From: Halocafeteria seosinensis
Taxonomy: Eukaryota
Assembly: GCA_001687465.1 (NCBI GenBank)
Contig: LVLI01000098.1
Location: forward strand, 1 to 64,000
DNA length: 64,000 bases
Direction of reading: 5' to 3'
This document shows, piece by piece, positions 23,102-36,506 of this stretch (its first letter is position 1; every line of letters begins with the position of its first letter). Made by a program: the position numbers and the translations under genes. The notes beneath the pieces were generated by a model. That model searched no databases. It was given only the letters and a program-made list of their open reading frames with translations, and had not been told where the DNA came from.

Positions 23102-26099
23102 ATGGATGAATGTCACTACCGGCTTCTACAGGAAGCTTTCCAACATGAGAGCTCCACCACGTCAACCAGCAGAACCAGCTTGTTGAACGGAGCCGCAGCT
23201 CCTAGTATTGGAGTCTCTGATGCAGCCAGCGATCCAAATCTCAGAAGCATCAATCAGATGAGCAAAGGCAACGGATCTGAAGGAACAGAGACCAATGGTA
23301 ACGCACGCAAGGACGTGGAGAGTGTTCGGCACGGGGGGACGGGAATCCAGGGGATCCAGGAGCCTCGGGCGGAAGGCGGTGGCAATAACGGTGATCATAT
23401 ATACGTCGTTCGTGTCAAAACCAGCACAGAAACGCACCCGGAAGAGACCGATGAAGGCGATTCCACCTGGCAGATAGTTTGTGAAAAGCTTAACGAAGGT
23501 GCCGTTAGGCGGCTCCAAGCGAATTCAGTGGATACTGTATCCTTGGATAGCCAGAACACCCGGGATCAAATGCTTCATCTTGAAGAACTTTGGATAGCTT
23601 GTGTTTTCGACGGACGTTGTGAAATGGAAATGAAGTCAAACGAAAACAACGGGCATGCTCAATTTCCTCCACAAAGCTGGAAACAAAAATATACTGAGAG
23701 GATGGAGCAGAGAGAGCAGCAAATCAAAGCAGAACACCAAACGGATAGTAGAAAGGATAACAGGGAATATCGAAGGCGCAGGAGTGAAGTAACTTATGGA
23801 AATCCAGACAACGAACAATTGAATATGGAAGAGCCTCCTCCTTCCGAAGAGATAACGGTATGTACCTTACAACGTGATGACGATAACAGGCTATACACCC
23901 TCTGCTAACCTCTGGACGCAGGTCACACCCGGTATGACACACAGCCGCAGGCAAATATGGAGATATGTGGGCTCAAAATCTTCCCCTGAAGAAACACGGC
24001 AATATCTCAAATGTGCTGACATTCCAGTTTTCTGTTTATCCCCAAAGCAGTGGCACCACCTCGGCTACAGTTGGCTGAAAGAAGCTCTCGAAACGCACAA
24101 CTTCTACTTGCAAGGGGTAGTCTTTCTGCTGAATGACTGTCACCTAAGTGAAATAGATGATGTGCAGAAATTCTGCCAAAGACAAGTGAAGGAGGCTTTT
24201 CGTAGGAACGGCGCGAGGTGCACAGTGGTCTGCTGTGTTACAGGGAAGGGAGGCGACCCGGAGAGACTGGTGCAGAAGGCCATAACTTACGTATGCGAGC
24301 AGTTTGATCAATGCGAAAATGCAAATACTTCATTCAATGTTGTTGAACCCAGTGTGCCGGAGGAAGTGCAATTCAACGTGCTATACTTTCTTGAAGCTTG
24401 GGGAATAGGTTTACTCTGTGGCGTTCCGACGCTAATTGGAAGTATTTGTCGCAGAGCGATGCGACGATTGCAGAACTTTCCTGGGGCGAAATTTGCCATT
24501 TCTGAGGAAAAGGTAGGACATTCCCATGAGGCCTCAGGTGCCGAACGTACCGGTAGTTCCGTGTTTTTTGAGTACAAGATGAAAAAACGCCGGCAGTGTT
24601 GCACTCGAGGATGCAGAGTCAAATCGATCCGCACAGTTTGGGGACCACCAAAGGCTTTTTTCGTGCGCTATCCATGGGTCGCACTTGCTGAAGTAGCTTG
24701 TGGTGATGCACAGGGAGCCGACCACCCTGTGGCAGACAAACTGCCTCTGAAAATGCGTCCGAAGCGATCCTTTTTCTTCTTGGCACTCCATGCTTTGCTG
24801 TTCGTGTTTTTCGGCTTCTGCGTATATTATGGTCTTATCATACCCGATAACCCGGATACTCAGTTGAACAGGCTGGTTGCACATCAAGGATTTGCCTTCT
24901 ATATAGCAGCTACTTTGTTCTATGCTTCCTGGGCAGCAGCAACGACAACGGAAACAGCTTCTGCTGAAATTCGTAACAACCAGCCTCTTTATCTAGCAAA
25001 CAGACACAGAAGTTTGAAGAATCTGTTTAACGACCTTGGTTTAATCCATGAACTAAGCGAGAAGAGAAACCCTGACGTACCAACCGATGTCACAGAAGCG
25101 ATTGAAGGGAAACTAACAGGCTCTCTAGAAGGCACCGATGCAGAGGAATTGGCCCACCAACTCAAAATCGTACACAATGAAAACCTAAATAAAAGATGGT
25201 TTCTCGTTTCTCTGGCAGCCGGTATCCTAGCGGTTTTTTTGCATGCCGGCGTTGCAACGTCGGCTTTGGGAGATTCTGAATACGAGCACAAGAACTGGCA
25301 TAGTACAGATAAAGCTTGGTACTGGATCGCAAATTGTATTACTGCCGCAATTTTTGGCGGATCGATATATTTCATGATGTTTAGAGCTGGAGGCTCACTG
25401 TACTTGGCAACGAAGCTAATGGACTCATTGACTGAAATGCTTGATGACGGAAGAGGGGATGAACGGCCCCTTTCGTCCTGCCGAAGGTGCATGACTTGTT
25501 ACTACTGTTGGTTTAGACCAGCGTATCGTGAAAGCCCACGGTATTTGCCTATCTTTTTCCCAAAAAATCTCTACGGCTGGCTTATTTTGCGGCAAGAGTT
25601 GTTCCAGTATGCTCATTTTGCATTTGTTGAGTCAGGAGGCCTTCTTCTGGTTCCGATCTTATTCACTGCTTTTGCAATTGGCTACTCCATAGTAGTGTTG
25701 GTGAAGCATAAGGACTTCCTCTTACGAGGGACAGTTCCGCTCGATATTCTGCTCGGAGCCCTCATTATTCTTTTCATTGCCTACAAGGCATCCCGTCTGG
25801 AGGATATCCAGAACCGCCAAAAATTGCTATTGGGCGTGCAGGAGGCCCACCTTCAAAAGCTTATCCAGGAGCTCGAGGGTAAGAGTCCTGGCGATAGCAA
25901 TGTCGTGGAACTTCTTCGCCAGGCATCAAAAACTATCTCTGTCGTCCAATCGTTTGTCCGCGATAACACTCTCATTCCAACTGTATGGCCGGGCATCACC
26001 TTGACCAAGGAACGTATCAGCGGTGTAGCTGTGGCGATCACAGGTCTTCTGCCACTGTTCTTCGAGTTCTCGATGAGCAAACTACAAGATTTCTCTTGA
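23102..26099 (+). CDS. Uncharacterised multi-pass membrane protein, paralog 2 (intron 23858-23921)
   Basis: GTATGT...GCTAAC...CGCAG intron joins the two ORFs in frame; shares long identical stretches with paralog 1 (e.g. SSPEETRQYLKCADIP, RESPRYLPIFFPKN). Confidence 0.85.
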
Positions 26100-26993
26100 T
26101 TCAATCGCGAGATCGTGCTTCTGAGAGCGCGAAAAATACGAACGTTTACTAAATTCTTGCTATTAGTATTGGATGTGTATTCGTCTACCATAGGACTAGG
26201 GCTTCCATAGCACGTACTGAGATAGGTGTAGCACTGTCGGAGGAAACTACCAGAATGCTGCTAACAGGGCGCACCACACAGCTCGTATTGTCTACAGCGA
26301 TCCTCATATAATTCATTTACGCATTCTATGGGCTTACTATTTCAGGTTATAGGCTTCCTTAATGTACCGTTATTCTCTTGGAACTTAGCCATCCCGTGAA
26401 GCGATGGAATCGATTCCTTTCCTCTTTCGGTCGGGCTTCTTGTCGGAACCCGGACCTGAACAGTCCGTGACGGGCACGGGGCACCAGGGGGGCTCCCGGG
26501 TCTCGGTCGGGTTACAAGGGGCGGATTTCATTCATTAAGCTGTAGAATCCGTATTGTTGATTGCACGGTGAATACTTCGAATTCGAGGGTCTCGTCTGAC
26601 GTTTTCGAAGTGGTCTATACACTTCCTCTTTGTCTGTTTAAAGGAGCTACGTGCGCTCCAAGTGTCGGGATCCTGGTTTCTTACCGTTGGGATTTGGGGC
26701 TGGACCGACTTTATTAGCTTCAGCGCTAAAACACGCCAGCCATTTGGGACAAAAGTACGTATACACCTTTATGTAATTGGTCTCTTTGACTCCATGTGAA
26801 TCTACTGGAGTGATACCCCGGAGGAGTATGTATAAGACGGATTCTGAGGTGGTCTGCCGGCGGCAGTTGAAGAGGGGATCCTCCGTTTTCTTTCCTTGTA
26901 CGGTGTGTTTCCAGCTCTTTTCGGTGTGTCTTGAGTAGTCTAATCTCTATATCAGGCGATCTTATCTTCTGTGTGTCTGGATTGTGCTTGCAG

Positions 26994-29425
26994 AATTGGA
27001 CAGGAAAAGCCACAGCGTCGCCGCAGCACTTACGCGCCAAAAGCTGAAAGAAAACCAAACTTGGCTTAATATGTTCTCCAGTGGAAGTACCCAGCAATTG
27101 GACCCTTCAGGGCTCCCCACACTCACTCAGGATCAGATCCATGACATCTTCGACTTCTACGCCAATTTTGGGCGCTCGGCCGTGATGACGGTACAGGAGA
27201 CCATTGACTCGTTTATGTTTATGAAATTTGCACGGGAGTGCCCAGGGCTCTTGGGGAAGGATTTAACTAGAACAGACGTTGATCTCATATTCACGAAAGC
27301 AAAGCCTAAATACGAGCGCCGTATAGACTTCGATCATTTTCTGGATGCGTTAAGTGCTATCGCAGAAAAGAAGTATTCCGAGTATAGCCCGTCCGACGGA
27401 CTGCGTCTCCTGATTGCTAACCATCTGGTTCCGCACTATGACCTAGTTATGAGGGAAATGCAGAAGACAGGGGAAACGGAAGTTCCTCTCAGAGGGATCT
27501 TCAAGAAGTTGTATGATGTCCGTAATTACACTGGAGTGTATGCCGAGCGCTTCCGGAGTGGTGATGGGAGAATCAACGGTGAATCTGACAACAGGGTAGG
27601 CCGATCCTTCAAGGGAAATACAAATACGGGTACCGATGAAATTATCCATGATGTCAGCTCACTGATGCGGCCAACTTTGAAGAGCGGAGTGATGAGTAGT
27701 AGAAGACCGTATGGTAGTCCTCGGGAAGGCAGCCGATCCCCGTCGCCCAGGTCACGCTCTGGAAGGTCGAGCAAGTCTCCCACTGGGAGTCCCAGAAGTA
27801 AGTTGTTCCATGTTGTTGTTTTCACCTTGATATGCGGAGCGCCTCACTTTGGTATTCGTCCTGACATGTCTATCTTTGCAGATCGCCCTCCCAGTTGGTC
27901 ATCGGCAGGGTTTGCAGCCGCAATGTCACCCATTCAGGCGGGAAATAAAGGCAATACGACCGCTCAGACCCCATCTCCCAGAAGCGCTCAACCTCCGGGT
28001 GCTTCGTTTGGGGAACAACGAGGAAACGCGCATGGCGCGGTCCCGCCACCTCCCCCTGATACAAATGGGCGACGACAAAACGCCAGTTCGCAAGGGCAAC
28101 AGCAACAAAATCAACAGTTCGACTACGAAGGTCTGTCAAGTGCTCTCCAGAGTATGCGAGAGAGTGGGAACACCGAGCAGTTGCAGAGCTTGATCATGGA
28201 CATGGCTAACCAGCTGCAAAGTAGCAGCTCTCAAGGAGGTCAACGCCGCACAGACTCTCAGCGAGAGGAACAAAATCTACGAGACGCTGTTTTTGAAAAT
28301 CTGCAAGCGGCTAGGAACCAGCGTGGCCAACAAAGAGGAGGGTCCCGTCCGTTAGACGAAGTGTCTGAGCATAGCTCCAACAGCTCCCAAAATCAGCAAA
28401 GGAGATCTGCTCGACGACTCCAGCAGCAAGCATCAAAACATGATTTGTCCGCGGCGAACGTGGACGACATTGAGAAGGACATCGATTTACTTCAAGCCCA
28501 AATGCAACGAGCTCGCACAGAGGGTGAGAAAATTGAACTTCGCAAAGCACTAGACGAGAGATATGATGCACTCGGCAAGCATAAGCAGGTCCCCTCGCTT
28601 CATCGTAGCAGTTCGAAAAAGCAGCAGAGCATCCATCGGAAGTCCCATGACGATAAGTCTGAGGCTAGCAAATCCCAAACTGGAGAAATGCTGTCGGAAC
28701 AGCAGATATTGGATATCTTTCAGTTTTATGCCAACTTTGGACGATCCGCTGTTATGACTGTTCAGGACACGATGGACTCGTTCATGTTTATGAAGTTCGC
28801 GCGTGAATGTCCCGGCTTATTAGATCGTAGTCTAACCCGTACAGATATTGATATAATTTTCACCAAGGCGAAACCGAAATTCGAGAGAAGGATTGCATTT
28901 ACTCATTTCCTTGATGCCTTGAGCGCAATCGCTGAAAAGAAGTACCCAGACGACTACCCCGCTGATGGTCTCCGTCTCCTGATCCGTAACCATCTTGTGC
29001 CTCACTACGACTTGGTTATGAGAGAGATGGAGAAGACCGGTGAATCTGAGGTACCCTTGAAGGGGATCTTCAAGAAGCTGTACGACGTAAGGAACTACAC
29101 AGGCGTCTATGCGGAAAGGTTCCGAAGTGGAGATGGACGAATCAACGGAGAAGCAGACAACCGTGCTGGTGCTGGATTTCAGGGCAATACGAATACCGGC
29201 ACTGATGAAACTATTCACGATATTAGTGTCTTGATGCGTCCGAATTTGAAGAGTGGGGCAATGAGTAGAACCAGGTCCTTTAGGCAGGGTGGATCGCCTT
29301 CATTTGGTAGTCCTGATAAGAACGGTAAGAGGACCCTATCTCCTCCGGGAAGAACACAGTCGTCGAATCGAGGGCTTCGTTACACCCAAAGTATGCGCGT
29401 TTCTCCGAAGGAGTCGCACTTTTGA
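26994..29425 (+). CDS. Protein with two p25-alpha (TPPP-type, microtubule-binding) domains; 5' end uncertain; in-frame 84-nt intron at 27798-27881
   Basis: Two near-identical blocks FMKFARECPGLL...TDVDLIFTKAK...FLDALSAIAEKKY...LYDVRNYTGVYAERF, separated by a Q/S-rich linker and coiled coil. Confidence 0.8.
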
Positions 29426-29489
29426 TCATACCGTACACCCACACGTGTAATAATGGACAAATAGTAACACAGGGTACACACTACGGCAT

Positions 29490-30920
29490 CTATTGTTGGC
29501 TATTTATATTTCTATACCGCTGTAAAAGCTCGTCTTTCATTAACTTGGCAACTTCGTCAATGTTGCTACTAACTTGCGTATACTCATCTCGCAGCTTACT
29601 TGGAGCGACCGCCGATTTCGATTGATTCTCCGCAGTCCGCAGAGAAGGACACATACCCTCCACAAAGATATCCGCGCATTTCCTGGCAATTTGATGCTTA
29701 TCCGAGGTTGCATACATCTGGGATAACGTGCTCGACCCTAAAGTTGGCTTGCTCTTCTGCTCTGAAGGCTGCATGGAAGTAGATTCCCCCTTTCCGGTCT
29801 CTGGCCCGCCAAAATCAAAAAGAGAAGGATCTTCGCCAGCAAACAGAGCCGACGAAGGATGTTTCGAGTTTTTTATCGGGCTAGATGTGAAGCGTTGTGC
29901 GTCAGTCTTGTTTCCCGTTGCTGCGGTGTCAGCAGGAGGCTGACCCTTCAAAAATGCAAAACCAGTTGACCCGCTGTCTCCTGTCGTATGTTGCACCTGT
30001 GAAGAGATCCAATCGGCATTGTCATTGGTATTGCTGTTTCCGAGGCTCATATTTCCCATGGATTTCTCTGCATTAGCTGACAGAAATGAAAAGGAGGAAG
30101 CTTGTGGGACACTCGTTTGGGTTTGTTGTTCCTGGAGGGGAGGAGCATCGCCGCCGAGTCCCAGGAGATCGTCATTGCCTTCATCAAATTCTGCGGTGCT
30201 GTTGCTGTTGTACTGGTTATTTGACGACGTACTACCATCTTCATCAATATCGCATTGCGGAGTGCTATTAGGTGTCGTCATTGCTCCTTCCATACCGGCA
30301 TCGGCAGAGCCGATACTTCGAGGGCTAGCTGATCCTCCTCCATCACCGCGCAGTTTGGCCAATCTTCGCGCCACGGCAGGGTTCACACCTTTCGCTTGCT
30401 GCTGCTGTTGTTGTTCGGAGCCATCATCTTCGCGCTGTTCTTCGGCTGCCTCCTTTATCAGAGTTGCCGCTTTCTGCGCTGTTTCCTGCGTCGGTTTACC
30501 TTTCCACGTTTGCCGTTGGTATTTGGCTCGGATAAATTGCTCCCGTTCCTGGGGCGTCGCGTTCGGTTTCAATTTTCTCTCCGGGGGTAAGTTTGCTTCC
30601 CACGCCGCGTTCGCCTTGACATTCCCCATATTTGCCATGGTCTGCACCCACTCCTCTTTCCATGTATCTAATGTCGTCGATTTCACTTTGGTCACATGCG
30701 TGCCCATGGCGCGATGGATTCCGGAGCAATCCATGCACATGAACAAGCCCAAGTTGATGCTCGCCCACGTGGGACCTTTCATATTACAGTCCGCGCAATA
30801 TTGGTTCTCTGGACGCAGCATAACCTGCGCTAGCGCGTTCTTAGCGGCATTGCTGTACCCTCGAGGGCGTCCGCCGCCGCCGTGGTGGCGGCGGTGTCTT
30901 TCTCCTCCTCGTTGGGACAT
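29490..30920 (-). CDS. ArfGAP-domain protein (SMAP/AGD5-like)
   Basis: ENQYCADC...PTWASINLGLFMCMDCSGIHRAMGTHVTKVKSTTLDTW...GNVKANAAWE...REQFIRAKY. Confidence 0.95.
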   Translation of the reverse strand: MSQRGGERHRRHHGGGGRPRGYSNAAKNALAQVMLRPENQYCADCNMKGPTWASINLGLFMCMDCSGIHRAMGTHVTKVKSTTLDTWKEEWVQTMANMGNVKANAAWEANLPPERKLKPNATPQEREQFIRAKYQRQTWKGKPTQETAQKAATLIKEAAEEQREDDGSEQQQQQQAKGVNPAVARRLAKLRGDGGGSASPRSIGSADAGMEGAMTTPNSTPQCDIDEDGSTSSNNQYNSNSTAEFDEGNDDLLGLGGDAPPLQEQQTQTSVPQASSFSFLSANAEKSMGNMSLGNSNTNDNADWISSQVQHTTGDSGSTGFAFLKGQPPADTAATGNKTDAQRFTSSPIKNSKHPSSALFAGEDPSLFDFGGPETGKGESTSMQPSEQKSKPTLGSSTLSQMYATSDKHQIARKCADIFVEGMCPSLRTAENQSKSAVAPSKLRDEYTQVSSNIDEVAKLMKDELLQRYRNINSQQ

Positions 30921-30928
30921 GTTTGTCT

Positions 30929-30984
30929 CTACACATACACGCATACACGCACACACACACAAAAAAAAAACACACACACACAAC
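30929..30984. repeat. (CA)n / poly-A microsatellite upstream of the ArfGAP start
   Basis: acacatacacgcatacacgcacacacacac, A-run, cacacacacaca. Confidence 0.9.
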
Positions 30985-32083
30985 AAATGATGGTTGTATC
31001 AACTATACCTGGGGGGCACAGGGAATGGGAAATGGAGAGGATAGGACTCAAACTTCAAGCAGCCGAGGACTCCGGCGAGGAGTTTGGACTCGTGGTACCT
31101 CAAGTGTTGAGGTGGAAGGGATGGATTTGGATAATGAGGTTTTGATGTCACATTAACGTATGTCGCTTGTCCTCCTTTCTCTATCACGTGCACGCTGGTA
31201 CTGGGAACGAGTTACACTAATACGACCATCTTGGCACTCAGCTGTAGAGCAGAGGAACCACTTGCTGAATATAGGACCAATGTATTCAGTAAATGAGCAG
31301 TTCGTTGTACTATGCGATGTCCTCACATCACGAGTCACCTGTTTCTCCTGGTACACCACTACTGAGGTTTCCACCACGGCAGTAGCCGTGGGTTTGGTTT
31401 GGTTTGCCCTCTTACTAGTAGCTGCATTCTATTCCAACGTGGGCCCCAATACGTTTAACCCGTAATTCCGGAGAAATCCCCTTGTGATTTCCGTGCCGCC
31501 ATGGGGGAGGCTATCATATGCTGAATTGTGGAGCTTGTATGCGACATCGTCACTGCGGTTTAAAGATGTATCTGATCTGTCTTGCTGCCGTCGGACTTCC
31601 TCGATATCGATCAGTTCGTCGAAGCAATTACATTGAAGGTTATCATACACGAATACAATACATGCTTAATTCCACCAGCTCAATATGTCTCTGTCTGCCT
31701 CAGTACAATCAGTCAAGACCATAGTACACATGTAAACGTACCACTACTCCCGGCAAGGTAAGCAGTGTTCCGCCTGGTTGAGATTGCTGCGTGCCATAGA
31801 CATATTAGACAGTTGTGCATACAGTTATAATCGCATTGATAAACTATATTAGCATGCTGAGCCTTCTTACCTACGACACCGGTAAGGTTTTTCGATTCCG
31901 GGTGCTGACTGTCGTTCAGGATTCCTCTCTTTTCGGTGTCTTCGTATCCGAAAACGACCCGAAAACCCGGAAATGTTCGGGAGGGGCAACCAACCAAGTG
32001 AGATTCATGACGATTGTACATCGATTGGTGCACTAGTACTTTTTTTTCTGCTATTTACGTTGTTCCGAAACGATACAGCAACC

Positions 32084-32470
32084 ATGAGCCTTACTAGAGC
32101 ATGGAGAAACACCTGCGTCAATCTGATGCGCCGGGCTGAACAATTGGACCATAACCCGCAAGCGAGTACCATAGGAATATTCGGAGCCATGGGAGCAGCG
32201 TCAGTATTCTCTGCCGTCATGATGAAATCCATCGGAGTGGATAGTAAGTGATTATGGAACTAGATACCAGCCATGCGTAATATGTTCGGGGGACATGCTT
32301 TTTGTTCCCCTTGGACGTCCCCTGTGTATGGTCCCTCAATCCATGATGCTCGCTCTATACACATAATAATGATTGTTTCACATCGAACTATTCGGCATGG
32401 TTGTCACAATACAGATAAAGCACAACGCCGAATGGATCAAGAGTTTGAAAAGTATGGAGTCAAGGAATGA
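32084..32470 (+). CDS. Small (~72 aa) single-TM protein, 2 exons
   Basis: ATG 32084, GTAAGT donor at 32245, ACAG acceptor at 32414, giving ...IGIFGAMGAASVFSAVMMKSIGVDNKAQRRMDQEFEKYGVKE*. Confidence 0.5.
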
Positions 32471-32814
32471 CCTCCGGGTCCTTGACCACGGGAGTTTGCG
32501 GATCCCGGTACACCAAGGAAGTATGAAGCAGGAAAGATATGTTCATGGATATACAGTTTCGTATTGATTCAAGGTTCCGTCGAATGCCGCTCGCCTCAGG
32601 GATTAGACTCTGTACTCGTGCTGTTTTTCTTAGAATACTTGTGGACGGCGCTACGTATTTGGAGGATAGAAGACAACCGAATAAACAACACACGCAATGT
32701 GGGATACAAATGTGTTGTATTGCTTTTTTTTTTCTCTTCCACAATGTCTTGGGTGAGAAGAAGCGTTATAAGTGGTGAATGAAGCCTACATTATTAACCA
32801 ATGACGTGGCCCCT

Positions 32815-35800
32815 TCATGGAAGCTGCCCTTCCTCGTCGTCATCACTCAAGTATTCCACATCAGAGTCGCTGACATACTGTGTAGTTGCATAAGGAGCCG
32901 GAGGTGCTCGATCCTGTGACCGATTATTTGTGGAAGTTCCCTTTACTTGCTTTGATGCGTTTGTCTCGTAGTACGCTGGCTCATTTAGCTCAGGCTCCTC
33001 CTCGTAATCAGTGGAGCGAGCAGCGCGATGTCGCCGTTCTCGCCGCTCCCGGGAGCGACTGCGTGATCGAGGACGTTCACGGCGCCCGTGGCCAGTTGGC
33101 TGAGCTGGTGGCGGAGCTTGTCCTTCCTCAGTATCCACTTCTTCATATCTATCACTCTCAGGAGTTAAGGTGCGTTGTGCACTTGGAGGTTGACTCATGG
33201 GCGTCTCATGGTGGTGATGAGATTGAGTTACATTCGCATCATAATGCACAGTTGCGGTAACAACAAACTGAGCGTTGATGCCCTTGCCGCGATTATCCTT
33301 CAATACAGCACCTGACGACGTTAAGGGTGCGAAGTACGTGTGCGAATGTTCCCCTATTCCAGTAAAGCCACCCTCTCCCAGATTAACGCTGCATTGTGCC
33401 TTCGTGTTGTCGTCAAGGGATACCTTCAGCATCAAGTGCTGGTATGGTAGGCTTGAGAGTCTGGAAATTGTGTGGCGTATTGTACCCGAAATTTTTTCTT
33501 GGGTCTCTGACCGCGCATCCATGCTAAATACCGTTCCGGCGCGAACAACCTTGGCACGCTCTGGAAGATCATCGCTATCTTCGAATGGTAAAGGAAACAA
33601 CATTATCACTGCACGAGGAGTTCGCATTTGGCCACGGAAGTCAACGCGAACGTTAGAGACCGAAATAACAACGTTGACAGGTTTCAAAACCATGGGTGCC
33701 TCCTCACTCCCAGGTCCAAGTAGCATTGGTCCGCTGCTCCCATATCCTTGCATTCGCGCACTAACGTCCGCAGAGACAGGGTCAAGATCCTCCGGTGGAG
33801 GGCACCAATCGGGGGCTTGTCCCATTTCCAAAAGATGCCTCAACATTTTTTCATACCATTTGTCCATACTATCAATGGCAACCTTCAAGTTAAACACAGC
33901 GTATACTGGAGAGTGGTCACTGACATCCATTCCTGCGGTGATTTAGGAGAAAAATTGCAGTTGTATTAACAAGCAGGGGTAGCAAAGGAAAGTCGCCTTA
34001 CCATCATTGACAGAGCGGTAAATGTGAGGACTCGCCGCGGGTTCGTTTTCATCCTCCAATACAGGTGCCAGTTCACCTAACCGGTCGGGAAGACTGTGGT
34101 AGAGTATCCTGTCTGTGAAGCTAGGTATTCGGTCCATCTTCCGGCCACCTTTATAAAACGGTTCCTTGAACTTCGTGTTATAGACCTGGTCTGGCCAGTC
34201 CGGGTCGTCATAGTTGGTAGGCTTCCGGTTTTCAACTGAAATGCAATACATAGTAACGTTATCAGAGCTTGCCCACAGTAGGGAATATGCATGCCATACT
34301 TACACTTCTTATAGGTAGGCAAGAAATCATCAGCCATAATCGGTTCATGGAAACCGTAAAACGCATGCCCTTCGTCGCGTTCCTTGAGAAGTTCATCGTA
34401 CTTTTGCAGAAGTAAGAGCTGTTCCCCTTTCGACAGCAGCGACTTAGCTTCATCGGCCGAAACTCCCTTGCAGTGATAGTTCAGGTCACCTAACCACACA
34501 ACGTGATGAAAACTCTCGTTAAGTCCATAACCTCGCGCTCCTAACTTGGCTCCGAGCCGTTCCGTGAGATCCACATATTGCTGACGGCGCATGTCCGACC
34601 GTTTGCTAGCCATATGCGCTGTCACGAATACCATCGTCGTATCGTATATACCTGGACGGACGATAAGTCCAATGAAGATAAATTCGGTAGCGAGTTCTTA
34701 GCGAGCAAACCCAATACTTACCTAATGCTACACCTGCACCGCCTTTTGATCCTTCAGAAGCACCGAAGGCATGCTTGTAAGTTCCCAGGAGTCTGATGTA
34801 AGGCGCAAATTGACGCTGAACAAATACAGCGATACCAGTGAACTTCGGATGAAGGAAAGCTCCATCACCTCTCCCCCAAACACGGTCTAACATATCCGCT
34901 TGAGTAGCAGCTATCTCTGGCTCATGTACCTCGTGCTCTTCAACAAGGGCTTGCACATTCTTCGCCCGCGCAAGGCGTCTGGAATTTTGATGCTGCTCTG
35001 CTTCGCGTAAGGATTCCAGTTTACACATGAGAGGCAATTGGTAGCAGTCCGTATGCATTTCTATAGCTTCATATATCCGGTCATTGATACCTTCTTGAAG
35101 GCCAAGAACATATACGTCGTAACCTTGAGGAATAAACTGTTCCAAAATATCACTGACATAATCACGTTCCTGTTCCAAATCCACATTCTCAAAAGGATCC
35201 TGTTTACCGAGCAAAGAACAAAGACACCAGTGAATGCAAGGAGACAGTCAGGGAATCTACCAGATCCAGACATACCTTAGCACCAACGTTCCACGTCCCT
35301 GTCCAAATCCGAATATTTCCTTCTGCTCGTTCCACACCTTTCAGTTCTCCTGCTTCATCCTGCATCGTGGACACAAACTCCTCTGCAGAACCAACGGTAG
35401 GTGTCCGACCAGAAACAGACCCCCCTCCGCCAGCTGCTGCCGCTCCTGCTCCTCCAGTAATTGCCTTTTTATGAAGAGACATGAGGGACGATTTAATCTC
35501 TCGTAGTTCATCTTGCATCGCGGGAATACTGTTCAAAGAGGACAAATAACGCATGATTTGGTGCTGTCCCTCGCGCAGCGAGTGGACTTCTTCGGTCAGG
35601 GTTGACAGGTGCTGTTCAATCTGGGACCGGGAAAGCTTTGCTTTACGGCGATGTTCACGTTCTGGTCCATTCTTACTTGATCTCACGACGACGGTAGAAC
35701 CCTTATTTTGGTTGGTAGAGCTTGATCTTGTTTTTCCATCGCCTCGTTGCTCGGGGGGATTTTTGGTCTCCTCATCCTCTTCATTCGCGGTAGTGGAGGG

Positions 35801-35857
35801 CTGTTGCCCTGCACTAGCGGCATTGGGATCTCGTCTACGTGATGTGGACGACGACAT
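32815..35857 (-). CDS. Inositol polyphosphate 5-phosphatase with N-terminal coiled coil; multi-exon
   Basis: IWTGTWNVG, VLGLQE, SKGGAGVALG, FVTAHM, VVWLGDLNY, PTYKK, RIPSFTDRILY, SDHSPVYAVF. Confidence 0.95.
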
Positions 35858-36338
35858 ACTGGTCCTTGGCACCGTATGGGCCCCTTAAATTAACGCTCAA
35901 TGGCTTAACGATAGCCGTTGATAACGGGGAGACGAGGGATTTATCGACGATAACAACAACAACAGCTCCTCTCGTTCGCTCTCTCCACCATAAACATGTC
36001 CACCCTTTTGGTCCTTATTAGCTTATGTCGGCTGTGTGCTTACAACGACACGCAAACGGACAATTGGAGTACGGGAAGCGAGTTCAAATTTTTGGCGCCA
36101 AAAGTCTCCCCACTCTCTCCTTGAAGTTGGTTGAGGGCCTGAGCTTGAGGCTCGCCAGAAGTTCAGCAGCAGAACCCAGGAAGGAAGGAAGCAGTGCACA
36201 GTACACAATCCATAACTAGTGGTAGGAAATTAGACAAAGTCCATTTGAGTAACTAGAGTGAAATAAAGGCTGTCCTCCTACGCCACGCACCAACACGCCG
36301 ACAATGACATTCAGATCGGGAGGGAGGAATCTTGTATA

Positions 36339-36506
36339 CACACACACACATATGTGACAAATAGCCCACCGGCCGGGGAGTTGACCGCATCCTCTTAACG
36401 AGGAGCGGTTTGCGCCCGTGTTAAGCAGCGACGGTCCCGCTGTTCCTGCAGCCTTGCTGACATGCGCCTTGAGGGAACAAAACACTGGTTTTGCTCAGGA
36501 GGCATC
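36339..36506 (-). mobile_element. SINE-like short retroposon, copy 1
   Basis: Reverse complement of 60692-60857 with only scattered substitutions; (TG)n tail; TSD TTGTATA at 36332-36338 and 36507-36513. Confidence 0.8.

Noticed and set aside
30019..30990. 323-aa plus-strand ORF
   Set aside because: Antisense of the ArfGAP gene
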